DNA of 64,000 nt from Tidjanibacter sp. (GTDB taxonomy: Bacteria > Bacteroidota > Bacteroidia > Bacteroidales > Rikenellaceae): positions 13,808 through 77,807 of the forward strand of contig JAFTUI010000001.1 in assembly GCA_017466345.1 (NCBI GenBank). Direction: 5' to 3'. This document shows positions 55,930-63,261 of this stretch, in pieces. The stretch's first letter is position 1, and every line of letters begins with the position of its first letter. The translations under genes were made by a program, and so were the position numbers. The notes beneath the pieces are model-generated. The model searched no databases. It had not been told where the DNA came from and was given only the letters and a program-made list of their open reading frames with translations.

Positions 55930-58878
55930 TTAGAAGGTTACATCAAGACCAAAAGTGTATTGGCGTGCCATAGGATATTGAGCCGCATAGATGTTGGTTG
56001 TACCCTCAGGGTCAAGACCAGAGAAGTGTGTAAAGGTCAACAGGTTCTGAGCCTGAACATATAGCCTCACACCACGAATAGCATTCTGCCCTGCAAGCCA
56101 CTCCGAGGGGAGCGAGTAGGAGAGCATTACGTTTTTGAGCCTCAGGAATGATGCATCCTCCAAGAGTCGTGAGTCGAATTCGGTATATTCGCCATAGCGG
56201 GGAATGTCGGTAACATCGCCGGGCTTCTGCCAGCATCCCAAAAGGCGGCGCGATTGGTTGTAGGTTGCAAAGCGACCATTCGACTCATCGAAGTAGCGGT
56301 CGTTATTGAGCATCCACCTATCAGCCACCCAGCTGAACTGTGTGCTGAGTGACAAGCCTTTGTAGGTCAGTGCTGTGCCAAAGCCACCCTGCCAGGGAGC
56401 AATGTAGGTCTTGCCGACCAAGACTTTGTCCTCATCGCGCAACTCGGTCGTGAGGTTGCCCTCCTTGTCGTACCACAGGGCATCGCCATTGGCGGGGTTT
56501 ACGCCCGCATAGCGGTTGATATAGAATTCGCCCAGAGGATGACCAACAACAAGTTTGGTGTTGGTGCCCGAGCGTTCATACTCCGTCACTCCATTGTAGA
56601 GTTCGGTAATCTCGTTGTGGTTGTATGCCACATTGGCATTTACGGTCCACAAGAAGTCATCGGTGGCAACGAGTGTAGCGTTGAGGTTGAGCTCTGCACC
56701 AGCATTTACCATCTCGCCCACGTTGTCCCAATAGTAGCCAAAGCCACTTGTGGAGTAGGGGGTGGGTACTTGCATAAGCATATCGCTCGTGACCTTATAG
56801 TAGAGTTCGAAATCCACATTGAGCCTATTCCAAAAGCCTGCGTGCAGGGCGAAGTTGGTTGTCCAGGGTTTTTCCCATCCAAGATTTTCGTTACCAGGCT
56901 GAGCTAAGCCTACGCCCGCATCGCCCACATAGTCGGCACCACCGCCAACAAGGGCAAGGTGCTCGTAGTTGGGAATAGAGGAGTTACCACTCGTACCCGT
57001 AGAGAGTGATACTTGTGCGGTTGTGAGCCAATCGGTGTAGGGTAGGATGAAGTCCTCCTTCATCATATCCCACATCAGACCCATAGACCAGAAAGCACCC
57101 CAGCGGTTGGACTTACCAAACCTCGAAGAACCGTCTAAACGGAAGGCTGCCTCGGCATAGAGTCGGCGGTCGTAGTTATACTCGCCACGCGAGAAGAACG
57201 AGAGGAAACCGTAATCGGAGTCGGTCGTGTCATCCCACGAAGTAGCCCTTGTACCCGTAGAGATACTTGTCAGGCGGTCGTTGTTCTGACCTTCCACCAG
57301 CACGCTAAACGCCTCGTAGTGGTAGTCTACACCCTCTTGACCAAGCAGGAAAGTGAAATTGTGGTCGCCATCTATGTCGAAAGTGTAGTTTGCAGTGTTG
57401 GTAATCGTAAGGCTGTAACCATCGGTCGAAGAACGCGATGCAGAGCCGTTGTTTTGGTTGGGAGCGTAACTTGGATAGGACTTGCCATAGCCTGTGGTGT
57501 GTGAGTAATCCACGCCAAACTGAGAACGCAACACAAGACCCTCAATGGGTTTAGCCTCTGCAAATATCGTGGAGAGGAGTTTGTACTTTTGATAATGCAC
57601 AGGGTTTGCTTCGAGCCATTCGAGAGGGTTCTGACCATTACCCTTCCACGAACCGTCCTCGATAGAGGCAATAGAACCGTCCTCTCGGCGGGGATTCCAA
57701 TAGGGAAGCATAAAACGTGCTGCCGAGATGGGGGTTACGAGTGTATAAGCACCCTCATCTGCCTGCCGTATCTTCTGATAGTTGAGCATTGTGTTGGTGC
57801 CCAATGTGAGCCACTCTGCCGCCTTGCGCTGCACGTTCGTTCGGAGCGAAAAGCGCTCGAAGTCGCTACCCACTGCCGTACCCTGCTGGTTGTAGTAGCC
57901 ACCCGAAAGGTAGTAGTTGGTCTTGTCATCTGCACCCGACACCGAAACCTCGTAGTTCTGCAATGGAGCCGAAGAGTTGAAGACCTCGTTCATCCAATTC
58001 ACGTTTGTGCGCTCCAAAAGAGCATAGTTTTGCCCCTCTGTCATTCCTGTCTGCTTCTCGTAGGCGATGCGTTCGGGAGTAGTCATCAAATCCCACTTGC
58101 TGTCATCTGCTTGCGAAAAGCCGAGTTGAGTGCGGAACTCAATGCGTGGACGGTCGGCAATTCTACCGCGTTTGGTAGTAATCACGATAACGCCATTTGC
58201 CGCCCTTGCACCGTATATAGAGGTCGAAGAGGCGTCTTTGAGCACCGAGAGTGACTCGATGTCCGCAGGGTTGATTGTATTAAAATCGCTTGCCGAGATG
58301 GGTACTCCATCGAGGATGTAGAGTGGGGCAGTGCCTGAGTTGATAGAGTTGGTACCACGAATAGTCATCGTTGTCGATGCACTTGGCTCGCCAGAGTTGG
58401 AGAGTACCGACAGACCCGCAACTTGTCCTTGCAACGCCTGGTCAAAAGCGGCTGTTGGAGTATTCTCCACCTTCTCTGCCTTGACGGTCGAAACCGAGCC
58501 GGCAACGGTACCTTTCTTACGCACAGCATAGGCAATAACCACGACATCATCGAGCACTTCGCTTTCGCTCTGCATCTTCACATCGTGCGCAACCTCTGCC
58601 GAGCCGGTGGGAATTTTCCACGCAACCTCCTTGTATCCCATATAGGAGTAGGTTAGAGTGGTGCCGGCTGCGGCTTTGATGGTGTAGGTGCCATCTACTG
58701 CTGTTGTTGTACCACTAAATGTTTCGGTCAGGATGGTGACACCAATCAGAGGCTCTCCCCCTGCGGCATCCACCACCTTACCACTAACTGTTACCTGCTG
58801 ACCCTGCGCATAGGAGGGTAAGCCGCACAACACCGCAAGGAGTGTTGTAATTAAAAGTTTGGTCAGATTTGTTTTCAT
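55930..58878 (-). CDS. SusC/RagA TonB-dependent transporter
   Basis: Carboxypeptidase-regulatory-like N-terminus; LKDASSTSIYGARAANGVIVITTKRG signature; C-terminal Phe; start moved to MKTNLT. Confidence 0.97.
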   Translation of the reverse strand: MKTNLTKLLITTLLAVLCGLPSYAQGQQVTVSGKVVDAAGGEPLIGVTILTETFSGTTTAVDGTYTIKAAAGTTLTYSYMGYKEVAWKIPTGSAEVAHDVKMQSESEVLDDVVVIAYAVRKKGTVAGSVSTVKAEKVENTPTAAFDQALQGQVAGLSVLSNSGEPSASTTMTIRGTNSINSGTAPLYILDGVPISASDFNTINPADIESLSVLKDASSTSIYGARAANGVIVITTKRGRIADRPRIEFRTQLGFSQADDSKWDLMTTPERIAYEKQTGMTEGQNYALLERTNVNWMNEVFNSSAPLQNYEVSVSGADDKTNYYLSGGYYNQQGTAVGSDFERFSLRTNVQRKAAEWLTLGTNTMLNYQKIRQADEGAYTLVTPISAARFMLPYWNPRREDGSIASIEDGSWKGNGQNPLEWLEANPVHYQKYKLLSTIFAEAKPIEGLVLRSQFGVDYSHTTGYGKSYPSYAPNQNNGSASRSSTDGYSLTITNTANYTFDIDGDHNFTFLLGQEGVDYHYEAFSVLVEGQNNDRLTSISTGTRATSWDDTTDSDYGFLSFFSRGEYNYDRRLYAEAAFRLDGSSRFGKSNRWGAFWSMGLMWDMMKEDFILPYTDWLTTAQVSLSTGTSGNSSIPNYEHLALVGGGADYVGDAGVGLAQPGNENLGWEKPWTTNFALHAGFWNRLNVDFELYYKVTSDMLMQVPTPYSTSGFGYYWDNVGEMVNAGAELNLNATLVATDDFLWTVNANVAYNHNEITELYNGVTEYERSGTNTKLVVGHPLGEFYINRYAGVNPANGDALWYDKEGNLTTELRDEDKVLVGKTYIAPWQGGFGTALTYKGLSLSTQFSWVADRWMLNNDRYFDESNGRFATYNQSRRLLGCWQKPGDVTDIPRYGEYTEFDSRLLEDASFLRLKNVMLSYSLPSEWLAGQNAIRGVRLYVQAQNLLTFTHFSGLDPEGTTNIYAAQYPMARQYTFGLDVTF

Positions 58879-59023
58879 AACGCGCAAAAATATAATTTTT
58901 ATCTGAACAACATACCCCTTATACCTCTTTTTTATTAACAATTTATTAACAAATTATTGTCGAAGGGTGGTAGCACAGAACTGCTGCGAGAAATAACTTC
59001 CTCTTTCTTAACACTCCTCAATA

Positions 59024-59062
59024 ATTTTCATTTTCCATTTTCAATTCAAATTTGTACTTTTG
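59024..59062 (+). promoter_or_regulatory. Esterase promoter with an upstream heptamer array
   Basis: TACTTTTG at 59055-59062; TTTC at 59032-59035, 19 nt upstream. Confidence 0.65.
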
Positions 59063-59083
59063 TGTCACTAAAAATTTTATGCA

Positions 59084-60067
59084 ATGAAGAAGCAGATTTT
59101 ATTGTGCGCTATGGCATTGTTGCTTGTAGCGGAGAGTGTTGTGGGCCAGGTGGTTGAGAAGAAGACCTACACCTACGCACATCGTGGCGAGAGGGCTATG
59201 TACCTCGATATTTATTCCACCAACCAAAGTGTTGAGCCTTGTCTTTTGTACATCTTTGGCGGTGCTTTCCTTGCCGGACAGCGTGCCGAAGAGGAGGTTG
59301 TGGAGGTCTATGAGTATTTCGCCCAAAGGGGGTGGAAAGTGGTGGCTATCGACTACCGCTTGGGGCTGTTGCCACTGCTCGAAGAGCCTGAGGTTGAGCG
59401 CGGTTTGCTCGATTTTAGAGCTATGCTCATCAACGCCATAGATATTGCAACGGAGGACTTGGTGGAGGCTACGGCATACCTTGTGAGCAATGCCGAAACA
59501 CTCGGCATAGACCCCGCGAAAATCGTGACACTTGGATCGAGTGCTGGTGCTATCACTGCCCTGCAAGCCGAGTGGTCCATCTGCAACTCAAAACCTGTGG
59601 CAAGCCTTCTGCCTGCCGACTTCAACTATGCCGGTGTGGTCGCTATGGCGGGAGCAATTTGCGCTAAGGGTAGGAAATTGGAGTGGCAACAAGCACCTTG
59701 TCCTATGTTGCTCTTCCACGGCGATGCGGACAGGAATGTGCCCTATGATAAACAATCGCTCTTTGGTGTGAGCCTCTTTGGTTCGGAGGTTATTGCCGAG
59801 TCGCTCCGCGAGTTGGAGTCGCCCTATTGGTTCTATGATGCCGAGAATATGGACCACAACCTCTCGTGGCGACCTATGTACTTCCTGCGCCCCGAAATTG
59901 AGATGTTCGCCCAGAGGATGGTTTTTGGTGGCGAACGCCTGCTCATCCACCAGCGTGTGAATGATACTTCGCTCCCAGAGGCTGAGGATAACTACGGACT
60001 CGGGGACTATATAGAGGCAAACTTCGCCCCCGACAAACCTCACGGCGTGGAGGCAGCCACTTATTAG
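59084..60067 (+). CDS. Secreted alpha/beta-hydrolase (carboxylesterase-like)
   Basis: Signal peptide; FGGAF oxyanion motif, GSSAG nucleophile elbow, FHGDAD and a downstream His. Confidence 0.88.
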   Translation: MKKQILLCAMALLLVAESVVGQVVEKKTYTYAHRGERAMYLDIYSTNQSVEPCLLYIFGGAFLAGQRAEEEVVEVYEYFAQRGWKVVAIDYRLGLLPLLEEPEVERGLLDFRAMLINAIDIATEDLVEATAYLVSNAETLGIDPAKIVTLGSSAGAITALQAEWSICNSKPVASLLPADFNYAGVVAMAGAICAKGRKLEWQQAPCPMLLFHGDADRNVPYDKQSLFGVSLFGSEVIAESLRELESPYWFYDAENMDHNLSWRPMYFLRPEIEMFAQRMVFGGERLLIHQRVNDTSLPEAEDNYGLGDYIEANFAPDKPHGVEAATY

Positions 60068-60076
60068 GGGGTTGAA

Positions 60077-60111
60077 TTGAGAGTTGAGAATTGAGAATTG
60101 AGAATTGAGAA
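60077..60111 (+). repeat. (TTGAGAA)5 array
   Basis: TTGAGAG followed by four TTGAGAA, upstream of TAATTTTG (60134-60141). Confidence 0.9.
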
Positions 60112-60171
60112 CTGTTGGCGGAGTGCTGATAGTTAATTTTGGAAAGTTATAGAATTAGAGAGTTATAGAAT

Positions 60172-60999
60172 ATGAACTACGTTGAACTGAGTATAGAGTG
60201 TTCGGAGGAGTTGTCGGACATTTTGGTTGCCGAGTTGGCGGACTATCCTTTCGATAGTTTTGCTACCGAATTTGGGGTGCTCAAAGCCTACATACCCCAC
60301 GAGCGTATGGCGGACTGTTACGAGAGGGTGGAGGCTCTGCTGGCGCGTTATGGCGTGGACGAGCACCACTATGTGGTCATCGAGGCGCAGAATTGGAACG
60401 CCTTGTGGGAGAGTAACTTCCCGCCCGTAGAGGTGGATGGCGTTGTGGCTATTCGCGCCCCCTTCCACGAGCCTTATCCCGACTACCGCCACGATATTGT
60501 CATTATGCCCAAGATGTCGTTTGGCACAGGACACCACGCCACCACATACCTTATGAGCCGCACCACCGCCTCGCGCGACTTCGCGGGCAAGAGGGTGCTC
60601 GATATGGGTAGCGGTACGGGCGTGTTGGCAATCATTGCTGCCAAGTGCGGTGCCGAGAGTGTCGATGCGGTGGATATTGACGAGTGGGCATACGAAAATA
60701 GCGTGGAGAACTGCCGCGAAAATGGTGTCAGTGACCGAGTTACGCCTATGTTGGGCGATGCCTCGGCAATAAAGGGCAAGCACTACGACACCATTCTTGC
60801 CAACATCAACCGCAACATACTGCTTGCCGATATGCCAAACTATGTGGAGGCTCTCAACGAGGGTGGCGAACTCATAATGAGTGGTATCTTGGAGGGCGAT
60901 GTGGAGGCTATCCGCACCCGTGCCGAGTCGCTCGGTCTTGTCTTCGAGGGTTGCGACTACAAAGACGGCTGGGCAGTGGTAGTTACAAAAAAAGAATAA
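60172..60999 (+). CDS. prmA: Ribosomal protein L11 methyltransferase
   Basis: QNWNALWE, PKMSFGTGHHATT, LDMGSGTG and ANINRNIL motifs. Confidence 0.95.
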   Translation: MNYVELSIECSEELSDILVAELADYPFDSFATEFGVLKAYIPHERMADCYERVEALLARYGVDEHHYVVIEAQNWNALWESNFPPVEVDGVVAIRAPFHEPYPDYRHDIVIMPKMSFGTGHHATTYLMSRTTASRDFAGKRVLDMGSGTGVLAIIAAKCGAESVDAVDIDEWAYENSVENCRENGVSDRVTPMLGDASAIKGKHYDTILANINRNILLADMPNYVEALNEGGELIMSGILEGDVEAIRTRAESLGLVFEGCDYKDGWAVVVTKKE

Positions 61000-61045
61000 T
61001 TTTGAATTTTGAATTTTGAATTCTGAATTAAAGTAACTACTTTTG
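60999..61045 (+). promoter_or_regulatory. pyr operon sigma-A promoter whose -33 element lies in an (ATTTTGA)n array
   Basis: TTTG (61015-61018), a 19-nt spacer, then TACTTTTG (61038-61045). Confidence 0.75.
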
Positions 61046-61056
61046 TGGGCAAATAA

Positions 61057-61173
61057 ATGACAAAAGAAGCCATAATGATTTGCAAGCAACATAGCGTGGC
61101 GGTGGACAAAAGCCGCAATGTGAGCCGAGTGAGGTCGCGCTGTCTTTTGTCGTTTTCGTTGATACAGAGGTAA
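61057..61173 (+). CDS. Putative pyr leader peptide (38 aa; alternative start at 61075)
   Basis: Open frame MTKEAIM...LIQR whose TAA lies inside the 5' arm of the downstream terminator. Confidence 0.45.
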   Translation: MTKEAIMICKQHSVAVDKSRNVSRVRSRCLLSFSLIQR

Positions 61174-61200
61174 TTCGCTTTGCGAGTTACCTCTTTTTTT
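61166..61200 (+). terminator. Leader terminator (attenuator) upstream of pyrC
   Basis: AGAGGTAATTCGC-TTT-GCGAGTTACCTCT followed by a T-run, between the promoter and pyrC. Confidence 0.85.
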
Positions 61201-61232
61201 ATGCCTCTATCGGGGTACAAAATGGAGAGATA

Positions 61233-62513
61233 ATGAGTTGCAAACAAGCAGTTTCGATGTTGATTACGGGTGCTACGGTGTGGTACGAGGGTGGCTTTGC
61301 GGTGCGTGATGTGCTCATCATAGATGGTGTGCTCCGCGAGATCGCCGAGCATATCGCTCCTTGCGAGGGTGTGAGCATTGTGGAGGCAGGGGGTAAATAC
61401 CTGCTGCCCGCATTTGTGGATATGCACGTCCACCTAAGAGAACCGGGCTATGGCTACAAGGAGACCATTGCCAGCGGTACAAAGGCTGCCGCAAAGGGTG
61501 GTTTTTCGTTGGTGTGCCCTATGCCAAATCTCAATCCCGCTCCCGACAATCTCGAACACCTCAAAGAGCAGCTTGCTATCGTTGAGCGCGATGCAGTAAT
61601 AGGAGTGTTGCCCTATGCTACCATCACAACGGCTCGCCAGGGCGATGAGTGTGTAGATTATACCGCTCTTGCTCCCTATGTTGCCGGTTTTTCGGACGAT
61701 GGTACGGGTGTGCAGTCCTCGGAGGTTATGGAGGAGGCTATGAGGCGCATAGCTCCCACGGGAAAACTGCTTGCAGCACACTGCGAGGTGGAGAGTCTGC
61801 TCAGGGGCGGCTATATCCACGATGGCGAGTGGTGCAGGGCGCACAACCACAAGGGTATCTGCTCCGAGAGCGAATGGGGCGAGGTAAAACGTGATATTGA
61901 GCTTGCCGAGAAGACGGGTTGCCGCTTGCACATTTGCCACATCTCGACCAAAGAGAGTGTAGCGCTCATCCGCGAGGCAAAGAGTAGGGGTGTGAGGGTA
62001 ACTTGCGAAACTGCACCTCACTATTTGGCTCTTTGTGAGGAAGATATGAGGGAGGAAGGTCGCTTTAAGATGAATCCGCCACTCCGCACCAGAGAGGATA
62101 TGGAGGCTCTTCGCAAGGGCGTTGCCGATGGTACAATAGACGTCATCGCCACCGACCACGCGCCCCACTCGGCAGAGGAAAAATCACGAGGTTTGGAGAA
62201 GAGCGCAATGGGTGTTGTGGGTATCGAAACATCGCTTGCGGCAACCTACACCTTTATGGTGGGCGGGGGTATCATCTCGCTCGAAAGGTTGGTGGAGATA
62301 ATGTCGCTCACGCCCCGCAAGTTGCTCGGCATAGGTGGCGGTATCTGCTTGGGCGAGAGGATAGATGCTACGTTGGTGGATTTCGCCAAGGAGTATAATG
62401 TAAATCCTTCGGAGTTTATCTCTATGGGCAAGAGCACACCCTTTGAGGGTATGCGCCTAAGGGGCGAAGTGCAGATGACCATCGCCGATGGTAGGAAAGT
62501 TTACGAAAAATAG
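61233..62513 (+). CDS. pyrC: Dihydroorotase (type I)
   Basis: DMHVHLREPG, MPN, HICHIST, KMNPPLR and ATDHAPH motifs. Confidence 0.95.
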   Translation: MSCKQAVSMLITGATVWYEGGFAVRDVLIIDGVLREIAEHIAPCEGVSIVEAGGKYLLPAFVDMHVHLREPGYGYKETIASGTKAAAKGGFSLVCPMPNLNPAPDNLEHLKEQLAIVERDAVIGVLPYATITTARQGDECVDYTALAPYVAGFSDDGTGVQSSEVMEEAMRRIAPTGKLLAAHCEVESLLRGGYIHDGEWCRAHNHKGICSESEWGEVKRDIELAEKTGCRLHICHISTKESVALIREAKSRGVRVTCETAPHYLALCEEDMREEGRFKMNPPLRTREDMEALRKGVADGTIDVIATDHAPHSAEEKSRGLEKSAMGVVGIETSLAATYTFMVGGGIISLERLVEIMSLTPRKLLGIGGGICLGERIDATLVDFAKEYNVNPSEFISMGKSTPFEGMRLRGEVQMTIADGRKVYEK

Positions 62514-62517
62514 GAGT

Positions 62518-63261
62518 ATGTACAAACGCAATATATATAAAGTGTTGTCCAGTGAGCCCCTCTCGGCAAAGACTCGGAAGATGGTCTTGGAGGGCGATAC
62601 GCAGTATATCACTGCCGCAGGACAATTTGTAAATGTGGAGGTGGAGGGTAAGTTCCTGCGCCGTCCAATCTCGGTGTGCGACTATGACGACAAGAGCATA
62701 ACGCTACTCTACGACATTGTAGGCGAGGGCACTAAGGCAATGAGTCTTTGGGCAGAGGGCAAACAGGTAGATTTGCTCACAGGCTTGGGCAATGGCTTTT
62801 CGGAGAATAGGGGGTGTCATCACCCCGCACTATTGGGTGGTGGTATAGGCTGTGCACCACTCTATAATTTGGCGAAGAAACTCATTGCAAAGGGCGCACA
62901 ACCCGTTGTTATTTTGGGCTTTAATAGTGCCAAAGATGTGGTTAGTAAGGATATGTTTGAGGCGCTCGGAGTGGAAACATACATCGCCACTGTGGATGGA
63001 TCGGAGGGCACCAAGGGCTTTGTGACCGATGTTATAAGGGAAAAGGGCTTGGAGTGCGACTACTTCTACGCTTGCGGACCAATGCCTATGCTTAGGGCGG
63101 TCTGCAATAGCATAGAGTGGGCAGGCGAAGTGAGCCTCGATGAGCGTATGGCGTGTGGCTTTGGCGTTTGTATGTGTTGCAGCATCGAAACCAAAAGCGG
63201 TGCAAAGAGAATCTGCAAAGAGGGACCCGTATTCAGCAAGGAGGATTTGATATGGAAGTAA
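62518..63261 (+). CDS. pyrK: Dihydroorotate dehydrogenase electron-transfer subunit
   Basis: LRRPISV, GGGIG, ACGP and MACGFGVCMCC motifs; start moved to MYKRN. Confidence 0.95.
   Translation: MYKRNIYKVLSSEPLSAKTRKMVLEGDTQYITAAGQFVNVEVEGKFLRRPISVCDYDDKSITLLYDIVGEGTKAMSLWAEGKQVDLLTGLGNGFSENRGCHHPALLGGGIGCAPLYNLAKKLIAKGAQPVVILGFNSAKDVVSKDMFEALGVETYIATVDGSEGTKGFVTDVIREKGLECDYFYACGPMPMLRAVCNSIEWAGEVSLDERMACGFGVCMCCSIETKSGAKRICKEGPVFSKEDLIWK

Noticed and set aside
58879-59083. Invertible (phase-variable) SusC promoter
   Set aside because: No flanking inverted repeats and no recombinase nearby; only a direct repeat is present.
61050-61200. PyrR-binding attenuator or T-box
   Set aside because: No PyrR consensus loop or T-box motif is recognisable, and no pyrR is in the window.
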